Sequence record: NZ_CP120951.1
From: a plasmid
Length of the DNA: 64,000 nt
Direction: 5' to 3' (one strand)
The notes beneath the pieces are model-generated. The model did no database searches. It was not told where the DNA came from and saw only the letters and a program-made list of their open reading frames with translations. A program made the position numbers and the translations under genes. Shown piece after piece: positions 28,672-38,017 of the stretch (position 1 is the first letter of the stretch; each line of letters opens with the position of its first letter).

Positions 28672-30359
28672 GGTGCAAGCTCCTCGAAGGTCGGCAGGCG
28701 TTCGTCGTTTCGGGCATCAACGCTAAGCTGAGACTGCGCCGCATTCGGATCGACGCGACCGGCCAGCACGTTCGCGACCGCATACGCCAGCATCGAGTAA
28801 TCCGTATCCGGTCGAGCGCGGTGCCGGCGCTTCACCTCATCGAGCGGCAACGTCCGCAGGTCCGACATCAACGCGACATCCGTTTCGATGATTTCAGCGG
28901 CGACCACCCGCCCGACTGTCCCCAGTCCATCGCAGTGCTCGCAACCGGGCCCGCGCACATGGACGTTCAGCGTGTCGCCCCAGGTATTGAGCGCGCGCAG
29001 CACTTCGTCGGGCACGGCATCGTCCGCGGCGTCGACGAGCGGCACGCGGCAGTGTTCGCACAGCCGCGGCAGCAGCCGCATGCCGATCACGGCGATCACC
29101 TTCTCCGGGTTGCACGTATTGCGGCGCGACAACCGTTCCGGGTCCATGTCCTCGAGGCGCTCGAAGAAGTAGTACGGGTCGATGACGTGCAGCGTGGTCA
29201 GCACAAGACGGCCTGTCAGCGCTGCCTCAAGTGCCGTATGTGCTTCCTCCGGCGCACGCAGCTCGCTAACCAGCAGCATGTTCGGATCCATGCGCAGCGT
29301 CTCGCGCAGCAGATCCATGAAGGAGTGCACCCCAACGACCAACTGAACGTCCCATTCCTTCTCGAACTCGGGCGGATCTTCCATCGCGATCTGACGACGT
29401 TCCGGAAAGCGCTGGGCGATATAGCGCTCCATATGGAAAATCGCCTGCGTCTTGCCGCTACCCACCGGCCCCGTCAATCCCACCAGTCCGTTAGGGCGGT
29501 GCGAGATGCGCCGCATCCGTTCGACCTGCGCGGGCGCGAACCCTTTCCACGCGGGATCGTTCTCCGGTTGTTCGGGACGAGTCGGCGCTCTGAGCCGCAA
29601 CTCCCGGATCGCATCCCGACGCGACTTGTTCGGCACCGCGTCCGGACGACGTTGCAACCGGGCCACGAGGAATCCGCCGCCGTGTGTAATCGGCACGGAC
29701 GGCCCGCGAATAATCCGAACTGTCGACAGCGCCGTACCCACGAGCGTCTCACCATCGATCTGTGCGTCCTGGAAGTCCAGCGGCTTCAGCTCGGGCGGCT
29801 TGTTCGTCGCGAGCCCCTGATAAATCGCGCCGATCAGCCGCCGACCTTCGTCAGCGTGCATCGAGAACGCGTCTGACGTGTGCAGATCGCCGTGGATCCG
29901 CACCTGCACGTCCGTATGCCGACGACGCACCAAAATATGTATGTCGCTGGCGCCAGCGGCTGCGGCCAGTGACAACAGCAACAGCGCCCTAGCCTGCGTG
30001 GCCTGCATCGGATCGTCGCGCCGCGCAATCGCATGCTGACCACGCAGCCGCTCAAGTGCATCGACCGTGACCGAGTCGACGGCGTAACCGATCTTCAGCT
30101 CATCGAGGCGCTTCAACCACGTCCTCACGGCCGCCGAACTCTTGACGCGATGGTCGATGTAGATCATCGCCTTGACGTCAGCATCACCTGCGTTGTCCGA
30201 CATCGCAACAACGACACTCGACTGCAGATGCTCCGGCACGTCGATTCGATCGGGGCGCGCGCCGATCACCGGCACCATGCTTACTGGAGACGACGCAGAG
30301 GCGTCAGGCGCAACCAGCGCCATCGCATCCGAAACGATCAGCGTCCGCGGCGACTTCAT
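28668..30359 (-). CDS. pilQ: PilQ-like assembly ATPase (GspE/PilB family)
   Basis: Walker A GLTGPVGSGKTQAIF, Asp box and His box (LVLTTLHV), and a tetracysteine motif CEHCRVP...GCEHCDGLG; internal start MKSPRTLIV overlaps the pilO-like stop (ATGA). Confidence 0.85.
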   Translation of the reverse strand: MKSPRTLIVSDAMALVAPDASASSPVSMVPVIGARPDRIDVPEHLQSSVVVAMSDNAGDADVKAMIYIDHRVKSSAAVRTWLKRLDELKIGYAVDSVTVDALERLRGQHAIARRDDPMQATQARALLLLSLAAAAGASDIHILVRRRHTDVQVRIHGDLHTSDAFSMHADEGRRLIGAIYQGLATNKPPELKPLDFQDAQIDGETLVGTALSTVRIIRGPSVPITHGGGFLVARLQRRPDAVPNKSRRDAIRELRLRAPTRPEQPENDPAWKGFAPAQVERMRRISHRPNGLVGLTGPVGSGKTQAIFHMERYIAQRFPERRQIAMEDPPEFEKEWDVQLVVGVHSFMDLLRETLRMDPNMLLVSELRAPEEAHTALEAALTGRLVLTTLHVIDPYYFFERLEDMDPERLSRRNTCNPEKVIAVIGMRLLPRLCEHCRVPLVDAADDAVPDEVLRALNTWGDTLNVHVRGPGCEHCDGLGTVGRVVAAEIIETDVALMSDLRTLPLDEVKRRHRARPDTDYSMLAYAVANVLAGRVDPNAAQSQLSVDARNDERLPTFEELAP

Positions 30360-31624
30360 GCCTTCGCTCCCGCCGGTACCGGCAATGGTCGCGCGACTGC
30401 GGGAGCGGCCGGCAACTTCGTCCACGCATACAGCGTGCCCTGTGCACTCCACTCGCCCTTGATAACGTCGTACACGACCGCGGCAAGCCGCAAGCCGGGT
30501 GTCGCATCGAGATCTGCGCTGTATCGCATCCAAGGCGGTGCCACGAAAGTAAAAGCGACACCACGTGTTTGCCACGGCAGCACATCGACGTCGCGCGTGT
30601 TGCCATTCGCGTCGGGCTTCGGCGGCGGATCCAGCGTGAGCGGGACGGCACGCGTTTGCGAAAACGTCAGAATCGTGCGGCGTGCGAGATCGGCAAGTAC
30701 GGCTGGCGCCGACGACGGCGACCAGGTCATCGCTTGCGTCAGCGACTCCTGCGAATGATCGGGATCCGTCAGCACACCTGGCGCGTCAAGTGCAGTACCG
30801 CCAGCACGCGTCCAGCTCACCGTCAGCGCGAGCATCTCGCCCTGCTGCTCGCAGCGCCAGTTCGCGATCGTCCACCCGTCGCGTGCGAGTGCTTGAGCAT
30901 GCCACGCGCTCGCGCAGGCACTCAGCAGTGCCGAAGGCGCCGGCAGCTTCGTCCACGGCGGAATCGCCGCGTCGGCCTCGCGCTTCGCACGTCGGGCGTC
31001 TGCTTGCCGCTGCAATTCGGCGAGACGCTGCTCCTCCTGTTGATGCGCCAACCACAAAGCGCCCCCGACGCCAACCACTGCGATTGCCAACACCGCAGAT
31101 AGCACCCAGACGATCTGCGGCACCGATGCCTGCAGGTCGCGTAATCCGCGCTCAGGCGTCGCGAGCCCGACGATTTCCGCGAGGTGCGCGACCGTCCCAT
31201 CGTGTTCGTGCCAGCTTTCTTGCGCCCGCAGCGCATCGCGCGCGGCGATTACATCGCCGCGATCGCCGAAATGATCGCCACCAGGAACGATTTCGCCGTC
31301 GCGAACGGCAATCAACCAGTAGGCGTCGTCGGTCAGCTTGAACACACCCATCCACGGCGACGGATACTGCTCGGCCGCAAGGCTTGCGAGTGCCCGGATG
31401 CGGCCCACTCCCTTTGTGCCTGGCGGCAGTTCGCCGTAGCCGGCCTGGTAGACGCCGGTCGCCGTGTGACGCACGACGCCAAAGCGGCCGAGCCGTCGAG
31501 CGCGTTCACGCAGCGCGGCAGGTTTCGGTTTGACAGGCTCGTGCTCCCATGTGAGGCCGAGCGCGTAGCGCGCGGTCGATTCGGGGAGCGTCACGATCGT
31601 GAGCATGGTCAGAACCTCACCCAC
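30356..31624 (-). CDS. pilO: PilO-like bitopic pilus biogenesis protein
   Basis: 422 aa; central TM (IVWVLSAVLAIAVVGVGGALWL); size and position match R64 PilO. Confidence 0.45.
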   Translation of the reverse strand: MGEVLTMLTIVTLPESTARYALGLTWEHEPVKPKPAALRERARRLGRFGVVRHTATGVYQAGYGELPPGTKGVGRIRALASLAAEQYPSPWMGVFKLTDDAYWLIAVRDGEIVPGGDHFGDRGDVIAARDALRAQESWHEHDGTVAHLAEIVGLATPERGLRDLQASVPQIVWVLSAVLAIAVVGVGGALWLAHQQEEQRLAELQRQADARRAKREADAAIPPWTKLPAPSALLSACASAWHAQALARDGWTIANWRCEQQGEMLALTVSWTRAGGTALDAPGVLTDPDHSQESLTQAMTWSPSSAPAVLADLARRTILTFSQTRAVPLTLDPPPKPDANGNTRDVDVLPWQTRGVAFTFVAPPWMRYSADLDATPGLRLAAVVYDVIKGEWSAQGTLYAWTKLPAAPAVARPLPVPAGAKA

Positions 31625-32211
31625 CGCACACGGCCACCGCGCGCCAGCTGAACGCCGTTGCCCTCGATGCGTGCAACTTTCCAGCCATCATCGAGCGTGT
31701 CGCCGACTCGCACATCACGCGCAACACCACTGATCACCAGCGTCGCCATCGAGCGGCCGTCATACGAACCCGTGCCGGCCAACGTCATGTCGCTGATTGC
31801 CGACGTCCGAATGCCGATCGGCGGCGTACCAGGAATGGGCGAGGCCGTGGCCGGTAGCGGGTTGTTCAGCGCGAGAGGCATGCCGCTCGACGCCGGATTT
31901 TTCGCCTTGTCGATCGCCGCCTCGACCTCGGCGATCTCTTTTTTGACGCGCAGCACTGAAAGGCGCGACTGGAGCGCAGCGAGCTCGTCGCTGTCGGTCG
32001 TGCTCGCCACGGCTGCAGGTGCCGATGCAGGAATTGCGACAGCTACAGTGCTGCTGGCTTGCGACGCCGGTGCCGCGCCCGCGGGAACTGGGAGCGCCGG
32101 CGCACCGTTCGCGCGCGGATGGACTGCGAGCAGCAACGCGAACGCAAGCAGTGAGCCCGCCAGCACGGGCACGCGCACGGGTGACGGATGGGTACGCAGT
32201 CGGATATTCAT
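31609..32211 (-). CDS. pilP: PilP-like periplasmic protein
   Basis: Internal start MNIRLRTH... with a signal peptide; C-terminal GDTLDDGWKVARIEGNGVQLARGGRVRWVRF resembles the PilP family. Confidence 0.45.
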   Translation of the reverse strand: MNIRLRTHPSPVRVPVLAGSLLAFALLLAVHPRANGAPALPVPAGAAPASQASSTVAVAIPASAPAAVASTTDSDELAALQSRLSVLRVKKEIAEVEAAIDKAKNPASSGMPLALNNPLPATASPIPGTPPIGIRTSAISDMTLAGTGSYDGRSMATLVISGVARDVRVGDTLDDGWKVARIEGNGVQLARGGRVRWVRF

Positions 32212-32219
32212 TCGAGGCC

Positions 32220-33869
32220 TCACAGCAGTCGCGCGGTGATCACGATCGCCAGCAGCGTGCGCTGCTGGCGCGCGTCGACGCCGCCGCCCAGGATGGGATT
32301 GAAGGGCGAACCCACGCCGTTGTCCTGCGTGCTGTTGTCCGAACGCTGCATGCCAACCAGCACGAGCGATTCGCCGGGTTTCAGCGGCACGATCTGCTGC
32401 AGGTCGTAATTCTTCAGATGGGGCATCTGCAAGCACGACTGCGTGCTGTTCGAATTGCAGCCGGCCGGCAACGACACCATCTCGATCAAGCGACTCAACG
32501 TGAGCGAAAAATCCATCACGATCGTGCCGTTGACGAGTTTGGGCAGAAACTGACCGGTAAACCCGACCGGCTGGAACTGGCCAGTCGCGGACGACGATGA
32601 CCCGACGTTTGCGGCGAGCGTGCTTTGCGTCTGCGGCAGATACGGGATCTGCTCGCCGTCCTGCAGCGTGACCTTCTTGCCGTTTTGCGTGACGCCCGCG
32701 TTCGACAGCAGCGTGGTGACGTTACCGAGACTCGACAGCGCCTTGACTGCCCCCTTGGTGCCCGAGAACGGGCCAGACAGGATGTTTGCGCCGAAGCTCA
32801 TGCCCGAGCCGCCACCGCTGATCGCGGGGACCGCCGCGCCGGTGATACCGACCGACGTGTGGCCGGTCGCGCTCTTGTAGCCGAGCGCGAGATCCAGGCC
32901 ATAGTTCTCGTCATGGTCCGTCTGAACCGAATACAGGTGGATGTCCACCGCGATCGTCTTGCTGTACATCGCGGTCAGCGATTTCATCCAGCCGTCGACC
33001 GCGTCGCATTGCGCGGGCGTGCCCGTCACGACCAGCACCCCGAGGTCGGGATCCGCCGTCACCGTCGCGCCGCTACCGGCGATCGCCGAGGCAGTCGTCT
33101 GCAATTGCTTCCACGGTGCGATCGTGACTTTCAGCGTAGAGAGCTGCGAATTCCCGCCAGACGTACCGCCCGAATTACCGCTTCCGCTCGATCCGCTCGC
33201 GCCGTTCGACGAATTCGAGCTGGTCGTGATCGAGCTTTCCATTCCCGACGTTTCCGAGAGTGCCGGCAACGGGAACACGCGAGTTTCGCGCTTGAAGAAT
33301 GTGATCACGCCATCGCGATAGCGATGCCAGACACCGAAGCGAGCCTGCTGCTGATCGAGGAACCCCTTGAACGTGCCCTTGTAGGTCAGCACGCGCGCCG
33401 AGTCGAGGTTAACCGCGCCCACTGCTGTCGGCAGGATCGGTTGGCCAGCGGGGATGCCAGGCACGCCCGGCGGCAGCGGCGACGACATCGCACCGCCAGT
33501 CGGCGCCGAAAACGACGTTGGCACCGACGCCGAGCTGGTGGCAGACGAATCGATCTCGGTGCGCACGCCCGTCGTGCGCGTGATCCACTGAGCAACCTCC
33601 GCAAGCGAACCGGCCGGATACGTATAGGACACCGCCTTGTCGTAAATTGCCGGCTGCGGCTTTCCTGCTACGATCTGTTCACCCATCAGCCACGCGCGCT
33701 TATGCATCTTGACGACGGGGCGACTCGTCGGCGCTTGAGCGATCTGAGCACGAGCCTGATCGGTCACTGCTTGCTGTTCGTTACGAATGTCGCGAATCGC
33801 GCATGCGGTCAGCGTCAAGGCCAGTGCCGGCGCCAAGGCGAATGCGGGATGCAGGAAGGAAGCTCGCAT
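32220..33869 (-). CDS. pilN: secretin lipoprotein (PilN-like)
   Basis: Lipobox LTLTAC; Gly/Ser-rich linker; C-terminal secretin signature PILGGGV...QRTLLAIVITARLL; TAAATG junction with the upstream gene. Confidence 0.8.
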   Translation of the reverse strand: MRASFLHPAFALAPALALTLTACAIRDIRNEQQAVTDQARAQIAQAPTSRPVVKMHKRAWLMGEQIVAGKPQPAIYDKAVSYTYPAGSLAEVAQWITRTTGVRTEIDSSATSSASVPTSFSAPTGGAMSSPLPPGVPGIPAGQPILPTAVGAVNLDSARVLTYKGTFKGFLDQQQARFGVWHRYRDGVITFFKRETRVFPLPALSETSGMESSITTSSNSSNGASGSSGSGNSGGTSGGNSQLSTLKVTIAPWKQLQTTASAIAGSGATVTADPDLGVLVVTGTPAQCDAVDGWMKSLTAMYSKTIAVDIHLYSVQTDHDENYGLDLALGYKSATGHTSVGITGAAVPAISGGGSGMSFGANILSGPFSGTKGAVKALSSLGNVTTLLSNAGVTQNGKKVTLQDGEQIPYLPQTQSTLAANVGSSSSATGQFQPVGFTGQFLPKLVNGTIVMDFSLTLSRLIEMVSLPAGCNSNSTQSCLQMPHLKNYDLQQIVPLKPGESLVLVGMQRSDNSTQDNGVGSPFNPILGGGVDARQQRTLLAIVITARLL

Positions 33870-34448
33870 TTAGTCGTTCCCCGCTTCGTGGACCACGAAT
33901 GTCCGGTTATCCAAATAGCCATCGCCTCGAACGTCAGCGCCATTGGCTGCCAAGTCCTCGAGGACCTTCGTCGCGGCCTCCGGAAAATCACCGGCGTAAT
34001 CCGCGTCGTTCGGCACGATCCAGTCAGGGCCCACGTTCCAGGACAGCGACCACCCGTCCGATTTCGCCCACTCACGCAGTTGAGATTCGAGCGACACTCC
34101 GCCGGTCAGGTGGTGGAGCGGCTTGGGCGGCGCATCGACGACTGGCGCCTCCACAACCGTTTCGGACGGCGACAGCGAAGCGGCTGGCGCGACATTGCTC
34201 GCCGCGTTCTGCGCGATAAGCGTGGCAGGCGAACCAGACGACAGCGGCGGAACCGCAGCAACCGTCAATGAGGGACTGGCCGACGCCGCGGGTGCCGGTG
34301 GGTTGTAGCGCGGCAGGTACGGTGCGAGATGTATTGCCGGCGAGTTCGACGTTGCCAGTTGGTCACCCGCGATCGCCGTCGCACTCGTCGCGAGTGCGGC
34401 ACCGATCACGAGCATGCCTCGCAACGTGCCATTAATGTGCGCGTGCAT
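33870..34448 (-). CDS. pilM: PilM-like periplasmic protein
   Basis: Signal peptide; Pro/Ala-rich linker; conserved C-terminal domain (LREWAKSDGWSLSWNVGPDWIVPNDADY) resembling a TcpQ/PilL-type domain. Confidence 0.4.
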   Translation of the reverse strand: MHAHINGTLRGMLVIGAALATSATAIAGDQLATSNSPAIHLAPYLPRYNPPAPAASASPSLTVAAVPPLSSGSPATLIAQNAASNVAPAASLSPSETVVEAPVVDAPPKPLHHLTGGVSLESQLREWAKSDGWSLSWNVGPDWIVPNDADYAGDFPEAATKVLEDLAANGADVRGDGYLDNRTFVVHEAGND

Positions 34449-34992
34449 CGCTCGCCCCCTTCGGCACCTGGGCCAGATTCGTCGACGCGGCTCCGAACAG
34501 CGGCTTGCCGTTCAGATCGTTCGCGTCTGTGACGATCCAGGTCTTGCCGTCAGCCACCTGCAAAATCGTGAGTGGATAGCCCGCATCGGAAACGGCGGCC
34601 AAGATCGACTTCATCGCGGCTGCCAGATCACCCGCGACATGACTGTCGGCGGTCACCGGCACCTGCAGCGACGTCATCCAGCGCATCGTCACGCCAGTCA
34701 TACTGGCCCAGCGGGCGAGCGAAACAGACAACGTCTTGTCGTCCGAGCGCAGATCGAAGCCCGGCGCGTTCGGAGCGATGGCGGCAGCAAGCGCGGTAGA
34801 AGTCGGCGCGCGCGGCTGCGTTGTGGCCGGCGGAAGCGTGCACACTCGTTGATAGCGCCCGGTGGTCTGACGCGCAACCGGCGCCCAATCTGCCGAACCA
34901 TCAACTCCAGCAGCACAGCCGGACAGGACAATCATGGCGAACGCGGCAACACCGCCAGCGAACGGCATGCGCGAAAATCGTGGCCGTTTCAT
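34432..34992 (-). CDS. pilL: PilL-like lipoprotein
   Basis: Internal start MKRPRFSRMPFAGGVAAFAMIVLSGCAAG (lipobox) with a GGAG RBS; the C-terminal domain again resembles a TcpQ/PilL type. Confidence 0.45.
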   Translation of the reverse strand: MKRPRFSRMPFAGGVAAFAMIVLSGCAAGVDGSADWAPVARQTTGRYQRVCTLPPATTQPRAPTSTALAAAIAPNAPGFDLRSDDKTLSVSLARWASMTGVTMRWMTSLQVPVTADSHVAGDLAAAMKSILAAVSDAGYPLTILQVADGKTWIVTDANDLNGKPLFGAASTNLAQVPKGASDARAH

Positions 34993-35271
34993 CGAATCTC
35001 CGGGATATCGGTAACGACTGGCGATCGCAACCTTCAGAAAGCGCAAGTAGCGCGCGGTGTAGAAAACGCCTGACGCAAAACCACCGCGTCCGGCAAAGCC
35101 GCCGCCATGCCCTAAAGTGAGGGGAGTCGGGATAGCGCGGCACGAGGTACGGTAATTACGCCGGCTGGCGCCTGCCAAATGCGTCGTGGCATCGCGCGAC
35201 GCGCCCATGTGTTTAGCAATACTAATAAACACACAATGACCGGCCGACGTGAGTGATTTCATCGGATGTCC

Positions 35272-35826
35272 CTATTCCGCCCCGGCTACCGCCAAGCGGC
35301 TCGTTTCATAGACCGCTGCCATCGCTTCCGGTATCGAAACAGGAACGACCGGCTGCGTTGCCGTCACGCCAGGTGTGATTCGGAAGAGTTCGCGATAGAC
35401 GCGTCGGGCGTACTGGACGCGCTTGTGCGGCGACGCCGCGTTGTATGCACCAACAGCGTTCCAGGTCAGCCCGAGGCGGGAGATGTTTTGCGAGAGGATC
35501 CACGCGCCAACGTAAGCGTTCGTGCACGCGTCGAGCAACGCCGTACGATCGATGCCGTAGCGAGCGAGCGTCGGCAGCCAACTAGAGTTGATCTGCATGA
35601 GCCCGATATCTTCGGACCCGTTGCGATTAACGTTGCGCGCGGACGGATTGAAACCCGACTCGACAGAGGCAATCGCTCTGACAAGATGCGGGTTCAGATG
35701 CTGGTAAGCAGCAGCGGCGTCAATACAATCGGCGCGCGCCGTTACTATCAGTAACGAATTCAGGGCAAACACGCAGCCCCAAAGGATGGCAGCACGCGAC
35801 CGATCACGTACAATACCGAAAGCCAT
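35272..35826 (-). CDS. lytic transglycosylase (SLT domain; PilT-of-R64/IagB-like)
   Basis: SLT active-site motifs AIASVESGFNPSARNVNRNGSEDIGLMQIN...AYVGAWIL; signal peptide; first gene of the minus-strand super-operon. Confidence 0.85.
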   Translation of the reverse strand: MAFGIVRDRSRAAILWGCVFALNSLLIVTARADCIDAAAAYQHLNPHLVRAIASVESGFNPSARNVNRNGSEDIGLMQINSSWLPTLARYGIDRTALLDACTNAYVGAWILSQNISRLGLTWNAVGAYNAASPHKRVQYARRVYRELFRITPGVTATQPVVPVSIPEAMAAVYETSRLAVAGAE

Positions 35827-35829
35827 GGT

Positions 35830-35945
35830 TATTCCTCATCTCGGCAAGCTCTATCAAAGCCCCGTGGTTGGATCGCAACTAACCTGGTTAGGTCGGTAAC
35901 GGTGTTGACGCACCCTTACCGACCGTTACTACTCTGCCTCCAGCG
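35830..35945 (-). promoter_or_regulatory. probable promoter/operator region of the pil-virB super-operon
   Basis: Non-coding stretch of about 115 bp upstream of the first operon gene with imperfect inverted repeats (GGTAACGGTG...CACCCTTACC; TAACCTGGTTA). Confidence 0.3.
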
Positions 35946-36251
35946 CTACTTCCCCTCTTCTCCCTGGTGTCCGCCGTCCTGAGCCGATTCGGCCTCAGCT
36001 GCAAACTTCACCTTTATTTCGGACAACTTGGGACAGGCTTCTTTTAAAACTCCCATCACTCGGTCAAAGTCACGCCATGTGCGTTGCTTACCGCGTTGCC
36101 CCTGAAGGGTGAACAGTTTCTCTTGCTCGAAGAGGAAGACCTGCACTATCCACAGCGGCCGGCCCTCTTCAACGATTTCAACAACCCAGATTTCACATTT
36201 CTCCCCTGTGCGGTATGCGAAAGCCAGTTCTTGCAGTGATATGCCTGGCAT
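35946..36251 (-). CDS. hypothetical protein (101 aa)
   Basis: Internal ATG preceded by a strong RBS AGAAGGAAGAGGGGAAGG; the upstream ATG at 36296 lacks an RBS. Confidence 0.45.
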   Translation of the reverse strand: MPGISLQELAFAYRTGEKCEIWVVEIVEEGRPLWIVQVFLFEQEKLFTLQGQRGKQRTWRDFDRVMGVLKEACPKLSEIKVKFAAEAESAQDGGHQGEEGK

Positions 36252-36329
36252 CCTTCCCCTCTTCCTTCTGAGGTGTAAAAGGGAAAGTATCGCCATGACT
36301 CCGCTAGAAGATCGCCACTCGTTGTAAAG

Positions 36330-36355
36330 TATACAAACTTGCAGGAAAGTTTATA
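36330..36355. promoter_or_regulatory. imperfect inverted repeat (operator-like) in AT-rich divergent promoter region
   Basis: TATACAAACTT-gcagg-AAAGTTTATA lies between divergent genes 35946..36251 (minus) and the xre-like gene (plus); the 325-bp intergenic region is AT-rich. Confidence 0.35.
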
Positions 36356-36576
36356 ACTTTTATCCTACTCGCATTCATCTGACATAGCAACAACGATTCG
36401 ACCTTCAAGCAACAAAACTCCGTGCGCCGCCTGTATCTTGAGCATGTTGAGATGTGTCACCCCGACCACCAAGTCAGTTGCGACAACGATCTACAATCTT
36501 GATTACAGATCGCTCAACAATAGTCATAAAAATACCTCATAAAAGGTTGCTGATCAACCATAATTGGGGTATTTCG

Positions 36577-37005
36577 ATGGGCTATCTTACGCCGATGGAT
36601 AATTCTAATCAGGGCCAGGGCCGGACTCCCTTCGGAGAACGCCTTCTCGCTGCACGGCGGAGAAAGGGCTTTTCGCAGAAGCAGGTCGAGGCACGTGTCG
36701 GCATCTCGCAAAGCAACCTGGGAGCCTTGGAGACAAAGGGCACCGGCTCGGCCTTCACTGTCGCGCTTGCGTTGCTCTACGGAGTTAGCCCCGTATGGCT
36801 TGCGATGGGCAAGGGCTCCATGGAAGGGACGTCCCCTATACCCGACTGGCTTGCCGAGCTCAATGAGCGCGAGCTTGACGCAGTACGACACTTTGCTGCT
36901 GGCTTGGTCGCAGCGCGCCAGATCCATGGGGGGAAATCACGCACCACGCACGTTAAGCCTCTGCCGCCGCCATCCCCTGACGCGCCCGCTGACCAAACCG
37001 ACTGA
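36577..37005 (+). CDS. XRE-family HTH transcriptional regulator
   Basis: HTH_3 signature RLLAARRRKGFSQKQVEARVGISQSNLGALETKGTG; no S24 peptidase domain; 142 aa. Confidence 0.75.
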   Translation: MGYLTPMDNSNQGQGRTPFGERLLAARRRKGFSQKQVEARVGISQSNLGALETKGTGSAFTVALALLYGVSPVWLAMGKGSMEGTSPIPDWLAELNERELDAVRHFAAGLVAARQIHGGKSRTTHVKPLPPPSPDAPADQTD

Positions 37006-37017
37006 AGTAGATTCCGA

Positions 37018-37968
37018 TTACCGAAAGCCCGTTCGGTCATCCATGGCGAACCCGCCACTGATCGCATCGTGCAACTCATACGCATCTTGGACTGCACGAG
37101 CAGCGAGCCGCTGTGCCTGCAATACAATCCGTGGATCAATTGCGCCTCCCTCCATTGAGGCCAGCAACATTGACGCACCGTTTGTCAAAGCAGCCCAGTC
37201 CACAATCCGGGCTGTTAAAGCGCGCAAGTAAGCACCGTTGGCCACTGCGGCTTCATGACCAGCATCTCCGGCCACGTCCGTCCCAGTTTCTTCGATAAGT
37301 TCTGCGCCCGAGCATAGAATTAACTCCGGCTCGCCGCTTTGCAGCGACGGAACAAATCGATTTCGAAACAAGAACGGCCGCGCCCCGCCAACCGTGTTGA
37401 TCATTCGACGAACATCGTGGATGCTGCCCTGCTCAAAGAAGCGGGATATGTTGGTCCGCGACTCATGAGCGGCGGACGCAGACATGAAGAGATCGTGCGC
37501 GCTCTCGCCCATCACGTCCTCCTCTCGATACCCCGTGTACTCCTCTGCCCGCCGGTTAAATCGCTGAATCATGCCGCTCTTGTCCAACACGACCACAATC
37601 GCATTGGTCTCTGATACCAGCCCCTCCGAAAAGGCCATTGCGCGCATCGTGATATTTGCGACCGACTCGGGATCCCATAGCGAAGCGGCGACCCCCGCCC
37701 ATTCACCAGTGTGGATTTTTTTCCCGATGAGGTATAAGTCGACGTGCTCACCATAGATCTGAACGTTCAGCGTCACCATCGAGGTTGCGCCCGTCAAGCC
37801 GCGAATCCGCTCGGCTTCGCGACCAATCACCTGGATAGGGATCGTCGGACCGAACTCGTCACCGGCCGCGGACAGCGTCAACACACGATCATGATTGGAA
37901 TATCGCCAAATTGGCGTTGGGGTCCCAAAGTGATTCTTGAGCCCCGCAAATATGGTCTTCTCACTCAT
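37018..37968 (-). CDS. three-domain regulator-like protein with a central PAS-like domain
   Basis: The N-terminal 100 aa is paralogous to the adjacent 125-aa protein (LYLIGKKIHTGEWAGVAASLWDP vs FYLVGKRITDRIWRGVASVDP); the middle is PAS-like (VVVLDKSGMIQRFNRRAEEYTGYREEDVMGESAHDLF); the C-terminus is unknown. Confidence 0.55.
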   Translation of the reverse strand: MSEKTIFAGLKNHFGTPTPIWRYSNHDRVLTLSAAGDEFGPTIPIQVIGREAERIRGLTGATSMVTLNVQIYGEHVDLYLIGKKIHTGEWAGVAASLWDPESVANITMRAMAFSEGLVSETNAIVVVLDKSGMIQRFNRRAEEYTGYREEDVMGESAHDLFMSASAAHESRTNISRFFEQGSIHDVRRMINTVGGARPFLFRNRFVPSLQSGEPELILCSGAELIEETGTDVAGDAGHEAAVANGAYLRALTARIVDWAALTNGASMLLASMEGGAIDPRIVLQAQRLAARAVQDAYELHDAISGGFAMDDRTGFR

Positions 37969-38017
37969 TGCACACCCACAGCTTGTCACCACCTACATTG
38001 CCAGACCGAGATCACCC

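Noticed and set aside
28821-29876. 351-aa plus-strand ORF
   Set aside because: Antisense to the PilQ ATPase gene, which carries clear Walker and His-box motifs.
32625-34271. 548-aa plus-strand ORF
   Set aside because: Antisense to the secretin and PilM-like genes; extreme Arg content.
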